Assembly: GCA_047967505.1 (NCBI GenBank)
Contig: CM106538.1
Source: Dipteris shenzhenensis
Lineage: Eukaryota
DNA: 64,000 nt
Reading direction: 5' to 3' (one strand)
Below are positions 49,491-63,385 of this stretch, in pieces. A program made the translations under genes and the position numbers. Position 1 is the stretch's first letter. Every line of letters starts with the position of its first letter. The notes below the pieces were generated by a model. The model was not told where the DNA came from. It saw only the letters and a program-made list of their open reading frames with translations, and ran no database searches.

Positions 49491-52069
49491 CTGTGTGAAC
49501 CAGGTCCTGCTCCTTCAGTTCCACTCTCGCCGGTCCATGACAACAAAGCTACACAAGAGGGCGGACCAGAAGCCCTAGACACCTCCAACACCCCAACAAA
49601 AGTCCAACCCATAAGGGAGAAGAAAGCCAGCCGCAATGGTAAACCGGTGCCATTGCCCACTCCACTGGCATTACCATCCTCCACTCAGAAAATTCATGAG
49701 CAACAAGTACAAGAGGCTATCCTCTATGCCCAATGCCACTTTAATCGGACCCAACGCCCAGGGGAAGTCCAAGAAGCACAGAAGACCCCAGTTTCTCAAA
49801 ACGTCTCTTCCAAAACCATCCGTTCCAAGAAGGGGACCACACCACTAGCTCGCACTCTGAGCTTCAAGCTCTAATCCACCTCCTCCACTGCCACATTCCC
49901 CCAATAGCTCTGTCAACACCAAACACTTGGGAGGCCAAGGCAAGAAGGTTGCCTAGATCTCGAAGATGAGGATACAAGTTGCAAAGGTTCCGAAGGTAGC
50001 AACACAAGAACATGTGTCGACCCGAGATGCAGCACCACAAGAACCTACCGATGAGCTGAATGTAGCAGACTAGCTCCAAAGTACCGGGTACATACTATTA
50101 CCCCAAATAGTCTGACTCAACACAAATATCGCCAAGGGCAACCAAGGAGTAATGCAAGGACCGACCCCTCCCTTGCGAGGTGTAATACAAGAACCTCCCT
50201 CTAATTCCAAAGGAAAACCCTCGAAAGTAATTGTGATCATATCACCTCCGATGGTACCGGCCTACTCACGAAAGCAAGGGTTTGTGCCAAGGGCGGTCAC
50301 ACAAGAACCCGCTTCCCCCTCGAAAATGGACCATGCCGCAGCAAACTAGGCCCAACGCCAATGTGCCTCTAGCATACAAGGTAAAACACAAGCTGGACAC
50401 TTACTCTATGTGGCTTTTAACATGCTATGCGGTAGCATGGCATCCGCCCACACCGCATTTCTCATAATCATCAAGTCTAGGTCTAGGTGAGTAAGTATGG
50501 TAGGCATCTCACCCGACGCACCTGCAACCCACAAGTCACTACTAAACACACACACACACATCCACAGTCATAAGCACTAGGTGATTAGGGTCAATACATC
50601 CATATTTTCATTTGTTCACCATCTTGCACCCTGGCCTCACAATCAATCCCACACCACACAAATGCAGTCCACTCACTCCCTCTCCCACTCACCTTCACAC
50701 CCCCCCTCTTTTACTTCTCTACATAGTCAGTATCCCATTGGTCGTTGCTATAGAAGTATCTCGATGACCATTGCCATCCCGGATCCCGTCGAGCAGCGCC
50801 ATCAAGTATCCCACCGATCGTTGTTGCCATAGAAGTATCATGCCAACCATCGTGATTCCAAATCCCATCGACCATCGCGATCCCAGATCACACCAACCAT
50901 CGCCAATGTCATATCACACCGATTGTCAGGATCCCAGATCACACCGATCGTCACCAATGTCAGATCACACCAACCATCGCCATCCCATACCATGCCGGTT
51001 GTGGTCTTTCTCATATCACACTGACCGTCGTCGCCATCGACTTACCCCACCGATTGTTGCCATCAAAAGATCCTGCCAGCCATGGGGATGCAAAATCTAT
51101 ACAAACATGCCTTATCTCGCTGTGTCGTCGCCATAATAGTTTCCCCTAGACTCTTGCAAAATTTCCCCTACTCTCTTCCATTGCCATCCAGAAAACCTAT
51201 TTATGTCCTCTCGCTCTTCCTCGTCCACCGACTCCCTCATCACTCAATTTCCATCAATCTTTCTGATGGATCCCAAACATGAATTCTTCGAGTTTGAAAT
51301 GGGGTCGGGACTCCGTCCCCATTCTATTCCACAAGCCAATGGCCCCTCAGATTCCCAAAGCACTTCTTTTGCAACAATCCATATGCCTTTCGAGTTCCCC
51401 ATAGAAGATTTGCAAGGGGAAGAAGAAGTGTCCTACAAATAGGCCACCTAGGAGGGTACAACAATATCTGGTATGCCCCCCTCAAGATCAAGCCAGTGCA
51501 CCCTAGCTCCAACAGCAAGCGAATACAAGGTCGTGCTCTCCCAATTGCACTCATCGCTTGGAGAAGCATGGCTCCAAGAATTGGACGCGTGCATTGTGCG
51601 CTCGCACTTCACTTACAAGGGTCACGACTACACCCTCCACCACCATCATACAGCAGCAGTCTATGCAGCACTGAAGGAGCCAGGGATGGAGGATACATTC
51701 AGAGTTGTTGGCCTGAGTAGAGTGGCAGACCGCCCGCCTCCCATGCCACCTAGACCTGAAACTACTGGCATAATTCCTCTAGGCGTATAACAGCAACACC
51801 AATGTTGGCATCCTATGAGATGCAAGAGGCACTCCCTACCACTACCAGATCAATCATGATGTGGTACGTGCGCCTTTGGCCTGTCAATCATCAGCGAGAA
51901 GTACTCCATGAAGAAGAAGCTAGATGCCCTACGCAAGGTTTGCCACTATGACTGATAGAAGAGCAAGGGCCGAATCCACTTCATCACCATTCACAAGCTC
52001 GAGGTGGAAAGACTAGCAAGCCCCCAACTCCGAGGCTAAATCATGTTCCCATTCGGACACAATTCCCAC

Positions 52070-55000
52070 AATTACTCAGGAATCCGAATCCATGACCATA
52101 TCCAAGAGCACCAAATCCAGCTCCTCAGGCAGTTCCAATACATCAATTACAAGCCAAGGAAGTAGACTCGCCATTTGAGTATGAAGCAGAGTACCCAGTG
52201 TACTATGTAGAAGGTGCAGAGGGTCTAATACTAGTTTATGCAAATCAAGTACTTCCCAACACATATCAAGCACCAATCAAGTGCTACGGTTGTGGAGAAA
52301 ATCACCGGATCGCAGAGTGCCCTCATTGTGGTAGCCCTGCTACTTTCCAACCACTCTACAGAGATTGTAGCATAGGACATGCCTGTATGGATTGTCCCAT
52401 GAAAAATAAGGTCCCACACAAAACAGAGGTTAAGCCTGGCATCCCAATCGGCATCATTGGGGTGGACCATCAAAGTCTGGGGCTGACAAGCGTAATATCA
52501 TAGCCTGTGAATGTAATTACACGCCAACAGAAAGAGGCCACCAAGGAACCTAACATTCCAATCCAACCAAAACGACTTCTTAAAAAGAAAGCACAAGTGC
52601 CTCCACCTCCGCCAAGCAATGAGCAGCCGAGCCCATCCACATCAACTCCCAAGCCTCAAATAAAAGAAACTTCATACCCAAATGTAGAAGTGGAGAAGGC
52701 TCGTTTTCAGGCACTTCAACAATGGGTACAAAAGGAAAAATCTCAATTTGAGACTGAGAAACAAGCTCAAGATCCAATTCATGACTTGGCCCCACAAAGT
52801 ATTGATACTGTACTCGAACCTCTATTCCAACAACAGACTCACAACATAATGTACTGCCACTTCAACTTGAAGGAGCCACACTCTCTAGCATCTTGAGTTG
52901 CCCTGCGTCAATTCCCATCGGAATCCTCCTACGGAATTGTCCCAATCTCTGGGAGAGTTTCAAAGGATGGATTGAACTCGCAAATCCCTCTCCACCTATG
53001 AATGACATCGAAGATATCCCTGTGCGGATGGGTGAGAGAGATGACATACGCAACATTACTATGCCTTTGATCCACAAGGCATATAATGAAGTACAAGCCA
53101 TAGTGGATGGTGGAGCAGGTGTAAATGTCCTATCAAAGGAGCTCTATGATGAATGGGGTCTCCCACCAATGCAAAAGGCTTAGAATTTCAACATATGCCT
53201 TGCTAATGATTCACGGGCTGAACCCTTGGGAATAGTGAATGGCATGTCCACAAAGGTCGCAGGAGTCCGATTTTCCCTTCAATTCACAATCTTGGATATT
53301 TTAAATAAATCCTATCAAATCTTACTTGGACGTCCTTGGTTACAGGAAGCATTAGTCCTCCATGACTGGGGAACTGATAGACTGACAATCCAAAATCGCA
53401 ACACCACAGTCAAGGTGAATGTGGGGACATGAGCTATAAAACCAATTGTGCCTAGAGCATTGGATGACACATCGTCAATGATAATATCAAGCAGATCAGC
53501 TCCCCTACAACAGCATGCCATTGCGGGTGATTCACAAAGGAATGTCAGTAACTAGATACAAATATTGGCCACCATCGACAACTGCCTTTCATTACACCCC
53601 ATCTTCTCATAAATAGATGCTAAGGTGCTACAGGTAGATCCTCCACTCACACATGAAGAACCAATCGATCTAGAGATACCATTCTTTATGGCTGACCTCG
53701 AGTGGGATAATGAACCTGAAGAAGGTACCCATACCAATGATGACTCAGATTTTCCTTGGGACCTTGAAATTGAGGCTGAGAATGCTAAAATTGAAGATCA
53801 AATATTTGATAATGACTTAGCCATTCTGCATGCCCTAATGGCAGTCGAGCTCCCAAAAGTTGAACCTCCAAAGTTGAATAACAGGGAGAAGATCCCGCAA
53901 GTAAGCTGCTGAAGGAGGAAATCACAGAAAAGCCAAGGCCGCACACTTCAATGAATTCGAACAAGTCCAAACAAGGATTGTCGAATTGTATCTTGCAAAG
54001 CCAGCTCCCTCAGAATCAGAACCACCACCTCTTGAATGGTCCCCTGAGGGACTGGAAGGAGTATGCGCAGCAAATGAACCCTTACTAGGAAACACCTTAC
54101 TAGTGGAAAAGTTACCCCACAGTTCCCAATGTAAGAAGTTTCGAAAATATAAGCCACATGTGCGGATGAAGCTCGATCAAGATACTTTAAAAAAAGAAAG
54201 TCAAAAAGAGGCTAACAAATTGGTAAATGAAACTATGCTGCCTAGTACACATGGCACATGTTAGGCGAGTTCAACACCATCGGAGATCGATCTTCAAGAA
54301 GTGTCAGAGTACTTGAAGAATTACACAAGTGGTAGTGCCCCAATAGCAATGCCAAGACCACTAAGAGAATCTGAAGTTCAAGAAACTGATAGCATTGGAG
54401 AAACTCCAATCTATGAGGGACTAGCAAAAACATGCACAATAAACTCGCCCTTCAAGGGGAGGAAGAAAAACTGGTTTTCATTAGGAAACAGCTTCGACAG
54501 GAAGATGAAACCAAACTCAAAGCACTTCTAATGGAATACCATGACTGCCTAGCATGGTCATACAAAGAGATGAAAGGAATTTCATTAGACATGGCAGTAC
54601 ACACGATTCCTAAAAGGGAAGGTGCTCACCCTAAGGTATGTGGACCTTATCACACAAATCCTAAGTATGGCACCGTGGTTTATGACAAGCTGGAAAAACT
54701 CTTAGATGTCAGATTCATCTACGAGATAGAGCACACTGATTGGGTTTCACCCATCGTCATTGTGCCTAAACGCAACATGAATCTCAGAATATGTGTAAAC
54801 TTAAGGAATGTGAATGCCGCCACAATTAGGGATCACTATCCCCTACCCTTAATAGAAACAGTGTTGGAAAAGGTGGCAGGCTCTGAAATATATAGCTTCT
54901 TGGATGGCTTCAGTGACTATAATCAAGTGCAAATTGCTCCTAAAGACTAATCAAAAATAGCATTTGCAATAGAATGGGGTATTTTTGCATATAGACTCAT

Positions 55001-56625
55001 GCCATTCGGCCTTTGTAATGCCTTGGCCACATTCCAACGAGTCATGTTCACAGCTTTCCAGTCATTTCTGAATAAGTTTTTACAGGTGTTCTTAGATGAT
55101 TTGTGCATCTATTCAAACAAAAAATACCACTTCAAATGCCTTGAAGCAGTACTAATCCAATGCAGGGAGTATGGCATCTCCCTAAATCCAAAAAAATGCC
55201 AGTTCATGGTCACCCATGGAGTTGTTTTAGGATACATCGTTTCGCAACATGGGATTAACCTCGGGGGGGTCACTCATCATATGTAATCCTATCACGTGAG
55301 TTCAACAGAAGGATATTTTTTATTTCTAAAATTTACAGAAATAAATATACATAAGGGACTATTTAAAATAGTTTTGGAAAAAATTTACAGATTTGTATAG
55401 AAAAGGGGTACATTTTATTAAATGAAAAATTTACAGAAAAGGGATTTTAGAAATACTACCTTGAACGCACGTGATATAGAGGGTTTATACATAGTGACCC
55501 CCCCGAGGGATTAACTGACATGGAAAAAAACAAAATCATCATGGAATTACCTCCTCCTACAAATTCCAAAGGTGAACAGGTCTTTATGGGACATGCTGGC
55601 TATTACAGAAGATTTATATTGCGGTATGCCATGATAGCTAGACTACTTTACAAACTATTAGTGGAATTCTTATGGACAGAAGAGTGCGACCAAGCCTTTG
55701 AGCTTTTAAAGTGGTGCCTAATCATAGCACCCATCCTTATATCTCTCAATTGGGATACTGATTTTCATGTTTATATAGATGGATCCAAGTATGCAATTGG
55801 GAGTGTGCTTTGTCAACCTGGTGAACATAAGAAAGACTACCCATTCTACTTCTCCAGTCGACAACTCAATGATGCTGAGATCAACTATAGAAAGAGAAGC
55901 CCTAGCAATGGTGTATAGTGTTAAGAAATCGCGGCACTATCTACTGGCAAATGATTTTGTCTTCTACACCGACCATCAAGCATTGCTTTATCTTGTGAAC
56001 CATCCGTGTATAATAGGAAGAATAACCAGATGGCTCCTCTTGCTTCAAGAATTCAACTTCAAAATAGTGGTCCGCAAAGGTGCCCAAGACTACATTGCCA
56101 CTCACATGTCTCGTGTCAAGTCGGGAGAAGAAGCCACTAGAGTTGAAGACGACTTACCAGATGCCACACTATTTCAAATAGATGCTGTTCTAGAGTGGTA
56201 TGGAGATATCATTGGGTACTTAATGGCAGGAAGACCACCCCTTGAAATGAAAGCAGTCGATGCCAAAAAACTAATTCTAAAGGCTGCACCCTATCAACTC
56301 ATTGTAGGACAACTATACAAGATGGGCAAGGACCAGGTATTAAGATGTGTAATGCCTCATGAGATCATGCCAATCCTGAGTGAAGTCCATGAAGGCATTG
56401 CAAGAGGACACTTCCAAGGGGAAGATGTATGCCAACGGACTACTAAACCACAACACAAAGACTTCAATCCCCTAACAATAGTTGTTGCACAAAAACCATT
56501 TGAAAAATGGGGATGGGTTTTAGCTAAAGCAGTCAAAAAGGCAGATGCTAGAAGCATAGCAAGATTCTTATATGAAAATGTGATCACCCAATTCAGATGC
56601 CCCATTGAAATTGTGTCGGATTACC
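52070..56625 (+). mobile_element. Decayed Ty3/gypsy gag-pol (related but distinct element)
   Basis: CYGCGENHRIAEC knuckle; AIVDGGAGVNV and ILLGRPWL (PR); WVSPIVIVPK, FLDGFSDYNQV, MPFGLCNA, VFLDDL (RT); YIDGSKYAIG (RH); partial INT. Confidence 0.92.
55260..55507. mobile_element. MITE, second copy in opposite orientation, TSD GGATTAAC
   Basis: Same TIR as 13924-14169. TSD at 55252-55259 and 55508-55515. Removing it restores the RT reading SQHGI-TDMEK. Confidence 0.95.
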
Positions 56626-58879
56626 ATAAAGCCAGACAAGGGTTCCACTCTGCACATTTGTTTTGCTGAGTAGGAAGCTAAAGCAAGACTGGATCCAGCA
56701 CTTAGTCATCTTCTTTACAAAAAAGCTAGATGATTCATCAGGCCAAAACTACAAGAAGGTCTAGCATGGCATAAGCCATTATTATCCTACCTGGTCATAA
56801 TTGGGTAACACATGTGACATTTACAATACTTTGGGAAAGCAACAATGAAAGCAAAGCTATAGGAAGCCCAAGACAAAAGAAAGAGAGTAACATCATGCCT
56901 GGGAGCCGGATAGGTGCAAGCAAATTGTAAAGAGAGAGAATCGAGGGAGTGCAAGGATGAAAAGGGTCGTCCCTCCCTCAAAAAGATGAGATGTACATAT
57001 GACCAAAAGCTTGACTTTGGTCTTCACTTGTTGTGTTGCACTTTTGGAATACAGGCTCTCTTTCTCTCTATGAGTTGTGAAGGATGTTCTTGTTTCCATG
57101 TTGTGCCTTTGTGATTGCCACTCTCCTCTCTCTCTTTCCTTCTCCCCACTCCCTCCCCCTCTCTCTCTCGTCATTCCCATCCCCCCCCTCTTGTAGAATC
57201 ATTGCTGATAGCTGTTAGAGTGACACTAAATGGTTGACCATCACTTGCATTTCTCCCTACTTGTAGTAGAGTAGAGTGGACATCATCAACATATCGGCAA
57301 CAACCTTGCAAATGTGAGTCACAGTAACCAAGATCACACATCTTTTGTAGCAATTTTAGGGAAATCTAGGTACTCTTTTGCATTGTGTCTTGTCTTCTTC
57401 CATTATCTACTCATTTCCCAATGCTTTTTAGCTTAACTAAGGAGTGTTGGTTTTGGATAATAGAAGTTGGTTGTAAAGAAGAAGAAAGAAGAAAGGTGTC
57501 TTTTCATATTTTTGAAGCATTTAGGTGATTGTGAGTTGTTTTTTGGTGTTTTTGGTTGTTAAACTTAGTACAAGATAGCTTAGGAGATTGCTAAGATGTT
57601 TGTACAATCAAATCCCAAGAAAAACTCAATGAAATTAAGATTTTTCATGAATTTTGAGTTCTTGGGAAGGCCAAACCTGTCACATCGTGGAAAGATTCCC
57701 ATTTTTTCCCCATGAATGTGTTTTTTGATGTTGTTTTCAATTTTCAATAGGTATAATAGGTAGCCTAGGACTCTGAGAAGCTCAAAAACCCTGCACAAAA
57801 ACTCAAAGTTATCAAAAAAATCATCAAACTCCCATTAGTGAACTGTGTGCAAAGAAGACATTGCAATAATCCTTAATGTGGTGTCACATTGCAATAATAA
57901 TAACATGGTGGGATGTTGTAGTATAATGTACCAGATGTTATAATAACTCACCTAACTCTGACATTGCCAATTGGCATTTCATGCTATTAGCCACCTACCC
58001 ACATTGCATTAGAAAAATCAACTTAGACACTGCAATATTATCAACATAGCACTCGTTAGAATTAGATAATGTAGCGCATGGTGAGATGGCCATAATGTAG
58101 CATATGGTGGGATGCGCCTAGTGCAATGTAGGCAAGTTAGCCACATAATGCTATGCATGGAGAGATAGCCTTAAGTAATGCATCATCTAGCCAGTACTTG
58201 CATCATACCTAGTGCAATGTAGGCAAGTTATCCACATAACGCTATGCATGGAGAGATAACCTTAATGCATCACCTAGCCAGTACCTGCATCAGCTAGCCA
58301 GTACCTGCATCAACTAGTACCTACATTGCATCCAGTACTTGCATCGCTAGCAAGTACTTTCATCGTCTTAGCTCGTATGTACATCACAATGTTGTAGCAT
58401 TAGCCTTAATGTATTGCTAACGTATTGACCATAACATAGCATCCAAGAAATGTGGTCTATTGGGCCCTTGTGTGGACATCTGGACTAACCAATTGCCTCA
58501 CCTACATGCACTTGAGGTTCATAAGGGTTCTTGCATTTGAATTGGAACCAAGGGATGGCACTTCTAATAACATCTTATCCAGCCAATACCCACCTTAGCA
58601 TCATCTCCGTTTGGGAATTAAACCCTGAGCTTGCACTCTATACACAGGCCTCCCCAAGCTCATATTATGAACTTTGAGGATTCCATGAGCTTTGAAGGAA
58701 AATGGGTGAGAATCCAAACCTCAGAGCCTCTATGGCTTCCAAATCTAGTTCAATCAGACATTAGGGGGACACATTACCACAAACCATAGCTTCTTGCCCC
58801 CCTCTATATCCAAGTTAGGGAGGAGGCTCAAAAGGCACTCCCTACCCCTATAGACCAATGCCCAATATAAGTGTGACTT

Positions 58880-59720
58880 TGCCTAGGCCATCACACCGGT
58901 GCAACTAGTAAGGCCAAGCCCACCTTGAATGCTAATCCGAGGGTTAAGTGGGTTAAGAACGTCCAATCATACCTTTGTCCAGCCAACAACATCCTATAGT
59001 CCACCCCTAGTGTAGCCTAGCTATGGTACAGTTCCCTCCCTATGGTACAGTTCCCTCCCTATTAGTAAATCCAATGTACTACATAGAGACATTTAGGGAC
59101 ATCGATGACTTGGACAAGGTCAATTACTTTGGACTAAGCCTAGATGGCAAGGCAGGTCATTGTATAGGGATTTGAATCCTAAGAAAAATTTCGATTGGGA
59201 CATGCCAGGAAAGCCATTCATCCCTGTCAATCAATTGTACAAAGTTAAGCAAAAGGAGACAGAGTACCTTTGCGACTACATCACCCAGGTTAAGCACCTA
59301 AATTCATGGTGCAATCCACATGAAAGGATGGTTTGAGGTATGTAGGAAGACCACTATATGCCTAGGGGATAATATGAAGGAGAAAACTCAAGGATACAAG
59401 ACCCAAGTGGCTTCATTAGACATGTCCCAAACTACTAAAATAGCAAGTGGTATTGAAGCCAAGGAGACACTTCCACTTACCAAGGACATAAACATGGAAG
59501 AGTTGGCTACCAACTTCCTAAGTCAGCTAAGCCAATAACTAAAGGGGAAATTGATGAAGGAAGGCCCTTGAAATCCTCACCTAGTTGCTAATACTAGGAT
59601 ACATGAGATTCTCAGGCAATGTTCTAACGATCAAGACTTTGAGGAGGACCTATCCTTTATCTTTCAAATGCCAAATCTAAGGAAGAAGCTATTCTCTAGA
59701 ATAAGAGAAGGATATCAAAG
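58880..59720 (+). pseudogene. Highly decayed gypsy gag relic related to the 16.3-kb gag
   Basis: YFGLSLDGKAG (~59125) and QLYKVKQKETEYLCDYITQVKHLNSWC. Confidence 0.65.
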
Positions 59721-60064
59721 ATGGGACTCCAATTCAAGTGCCTACTCTTAGGAAAAAGAAGAAAAGAATGGTATATAAATCTATAACTTGCATGAATTTT
59801 GAATATGTGTGGGCTAGTTGATCCTAGTAGGAGCCTGGAAATTGCAAGCTAGTTAAGAGACAACACACCCTCTCCTTCTTTGTTAGCGGTTTGAGAAGTT
59901 AAAGTTAAGAATGATCCATTGATGTGTAGACTTGAAGTAGTGTTGATAGAAGAAGCAATCAGTTTTTGCACTCCCTTTTAATCTCTCTCAAGGTATAACG
60001 TTTAAAAAAACACATATTGTGGCGGGGGGGGGCTTGGCCTTAAGGTTTGGTGTGAATGGGCTTT

Positions 60065-60400
60065 AAGTCTAACTGAGGGGTAGTAACTGACCTAGCTCAA
60101 TTGATCTAACTGGCTTAGTTAGTCTAACTAACCTAACTATCTAGTTAGATGCCTAACAGTTAGTCTAACCTAACCTAGTTATGGTTAAACAAACTGTAGC
60201 TAACTAAACTAACCACAATTAGTTGAACTAACCTAGTACAATCAAAGTAACCTAATTATTGAGTTACTGTAACTAACCAATAGTTAAACTAACCTAACTG
60301 CATGTAACTAACCTAAAGTTAACTTAACTAACCTAGGTTAAAGCTAACCTAACCTAGGTGAATGTATCCTAACCAGGGTTAGTTCTAGGTTTAGGTTAGG
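60065..60400. repeat. Degenerate CTAAC/GTTAG short-motif array
   Basis: Dense TAAC(C/T)/(A/G)GTTA motifs in both orientations. Confidence 0.75.
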
Positions 60401-60409
60401 TTTTTTTTT

Positions 60410-61109
60410 TTGGGGGTAAAGGGGGGGGCATCGACGGCAGTAAGCGGTGGTCTGAGGGGATAGAGGGGGCGAATGGAGGAGGGGAGGGTGGGGGGGGGGA
60501 AAGGGTGGTGGTGGAGGGGAGGTGAAGGGTGGAGGAGGGGGGTTTGGAGGCAGTCGGAGGCAGAGGGGGGTCGAAGGCGGAGGCGGGCATGGCAGAGCCA
60601 GAGGGGAGTCAGAGGCAAAGGCATGCGTGGCAGAGGCAGGCAGTGCCATTGGCTACACCATCATGGGCGGCTCTATGTGCGCCATCACTGGCTGTGTTGT
60701 CGTGGGTGGGCGCTACGTAGGGCGACCGTGCCTTAGGCAAGGATTTAGATCCCTTACTAAGGTCTTTAGACCTTAGTTTTCAATAGGGGCTTTTAGGCCC
60801 TTAGGGTAGGGAGTGGAGCAGCCGGCGAGGGGGGGTAGAGAGACAGAGAGAGGGGGGAGGGAAAACAGAGAGAGAGAGGGAGAGAGAGAGAGAGGGGGAG
60901 AAGAGAGAGAGGGGAAGAAGAGAGAGGGAGGGAGAGAGAGAGAGAGAGAGAGAGGGGGGGGAGAAGAGAGAGAAGTGAGAGAGAGAGAGAGGGGGGAAAG
61001 AAGAGAGAGAAAGTGAGAGAGAGAGAGAAGAGGGAGGTGAGTGAGGGGGGTGTAAAGAGAGAGAGAGAGAGAGAAAGAGAAAGAGAGAAGAGGGAGGTAA
61101 GTGAGGGGG

Positions 61110-61144
<35 letters not shown>

Positions 61145-61181
61145 GAGGGGGGTAGAGAGAGAGAGAGAAAGGAGGGAGGGG

Positions 61182-61234
<53 letters not shown>

Positions 61235-61490
61235 TGGGTAACGAGAGAGAGAAAGGGAGAAGGGGGCGGGGATGAAGGGAGGGGGGGGAGGGGTGGTGGA
61301 GATGGAAGGGGGTGTTGGAGATGGAGGGGAGGGTGGTGGAGAGGGGTGGTGGTGGTGGAGGGGGGGGATGGAGGGGGGGGGGGGAGGGGGTGGTGGAGAT
61401 GGAAGGGGGTGGTGGAGATGGAGGGGAGGGTGGTGGAGGGGGGAATGGTGGGGGGGGAGGGGGAAACAAGAAAAAAGAAAAAAAAACTTG
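60410..61490. repeat. Polypurine (GA)n / G-rich low-complexity tract
   Basis: About 650 bp of near-pure purine sequence at 60830-61490, plus a G-rich flank. Confidence 0.95.
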
Positions 61491-62389
61491 ATGGATGGAA
61501 AACTTTGACGAAAATCCAAAGGGAGGAAGAGATGGTCACCTGAATGCTCTCCAAGTCTTTCTCGATGTAACGGGATTGTTGAGGACCAATGGATGGTGGG
61601 TGGATGGCTAGGTTATTGCTGCGAGATGGGCTCCAAGTAACTCACCATGTGAGGATGGGAGTAGCGTGGTGGTCGATGGAGAGGGAGGAGTGTCTTGCAT
61701 AGGGCTCGGAATGGGGAAGAGGATGGAGGCAAGATGTGAAAGATGAAGAATGAGGGGGTGGAGTGGGTTTTTATAGGAAATGGGTATAGGTTTAGGCTTG
61801 AACCCTAAACTCTTCCTGAGTCATAACTTTTCATGGTTAGCTCAGTTTGCTCTTCTGTAAAAAGGTGAAAAAATCAAAATTGCAAGCACTATGCATTCGT
61901 ATCCACCACCTAGCCTGATTTGTTTATCAAGTGGCTTCTTTTTAAAAAAATTTCTTAAGGTAGTAATCTAAGGTTGATGCTTGGGGTTGATATGTTTGAC
62001 TAGAGTTGGAAAAAATTTTACTCTCCTTGCCCTTGAGTGGTATGTACATGAAAATTCGTAGTAGTTTTTCTTTTACACATACCTACGTATGTTTACTCAT
62101 TTCTTGAGGCACTAGTCTCCCCGATAGTGGCACCAAATGTTGGCTCTTTCCCATAGCTTCTACAAGAAGAGTAGGGTATTCTCAGTATGCAGGGTTCCAA
62201 GGCTTTTTGTCACCTACAGATATATCATGGTTGTTGTTTGTAGTATACGTGTATCTTAGGACCTTGAGTCCTATTTCGGTGAAAGACATAGGCTTAAGTG
62301 TGGTAAGCAAACATAGTGCATGCATGTGTAAAAGGAATGTGTATCATCATGGTTGAGGTAATGAAGGCTTTTGCCTTCATTGGGGGTTG

Positions 62390-62575
62390 TAGGGTTTAGG
62401 AGGAGTTTAAGGGTTAGAAGGGGGTTCCAAGGTTCAGAAGGAGGTTCCAAGGTTTAAAAGGAGGTTCAAGGCTTAGAAGGAGGCTCAAGGCTTAGAGAGA
62501 TATTCCAAGGTTTAGAGAGGGGTTCCAGAGTTTAGAAGAGGTTCCAGGGCTAGAAGGAGGATCCAAGGTTCAGGG
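62390..62575. repeat. ~20-bp minisatellite GGTTCCAAGGTTTAGAAGGA
   Basis: About 9 degenerate copies. Confidence 0.85.
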
Positions 62576-62659
62576 TAGAGGACATGGTGGAGAACTCGTC
62601 TCCCTTATAGATCATGGAGATTAAGGGTTGAGGAACTAAGGGTTTGGGGGGAGCATAGG

Positions 62660-62845
62660 AGTGGGAGAGGAAGAAGGTGTAAGAGCAGGGGGAAAGAAGA
62701 GGGAGGAGGAGGAGGAGGAGGGAGGAGGAGAAGGTAGGAGGAGGGAGGAGGAGGAGGAGGAGGAGGAGGAGGAGGAGGGAGGAGGAGAAGGGAGGAGGAG
62801 AGGGAGAGGATGGTTTGCAAGGTTGAGGAGAGGGGAGGAGGAGCT
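62660..62845. repeat. (GGA)n microsatellite
   Basis: Direct reading. Confidence 0.9.
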
Positions 62846-63035
62846 ATAAGGTTAGGACATGCTTTTGGATGTGGAGTGCAAGGAAGCATGGACACTTGAG
62901 ACAATTGCTTGGAATACCAAAGTAGAACTCAAGACAATGCCCCAAAGAGTGTGGGCTTCATTCCATTATGGGGTATTTATACAAGTTGGAGAGCTTCTCT
63001 CTCTGCATGTAGGAATTGTAAGAAGTTCTCTCTCT

Positions 63036-63385
63036 ACATGTAGAACTTGCATATAGAAGTTGCATGTAGAAGTTGCAAGCTGCATGTAGGAGTTGCATGT
63101 AGAACATGCATGTAGAACTCACATGTAGGAGTTGCATGTAGAACATGCATTTAGGAGTTGAATGTAGAACATGCATCTAGGAGTTGCATGTAGAACATGC
63201 ATGTAGAACTCACATATAGGAGTTGCATGTAGGAGTTGCATGTAGAACATGCATGGAGAACTTTCATGTAGAACTCACATGTAGAAGTTGCATGTAGAAC
63301 TCACATGTAGGAGTTGCATGTAGAACTCGCATGTAGGAGTTGCATGTAGGAATCATATGTAGAACTTGCATGTAGAACATGCAAG
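63036..63385. repeat. 13-14-bp minisatellite CATGTAG(GAGTTG/AACTCA/AACATG)
   Basis: More than 20 CATGTAG-anchored units. Confidence 0.9.

Noticed and set aside
57830-58450. TGCAATGT/GCATC-rich degenerate repeats, with one ~70-bp duplication
   Set aside because: Repetitive, but no boundaries, TIR or coding signal that I can support.
60065-60400. Possible interstitial telomeric repeat
   Set aside because: Motifs are CTAAC/TAACC variants in mixed orientation, not tandem TTTAGGG or TTAGGG.
60344-61554. Many long Pro/Ser/Leu or Gly/Glu/Arg ORFs
   Set aside because: Artefacts of stop-free GA and G-rich low-complexity sequence, open in nearly all frames.
62110-62130. CACTAGTCTCCCCGATAGTG, a miniature CACTA..TAGTG
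   Set aside because: Only 20 bp with no 3-bp TSD; expected by chance.
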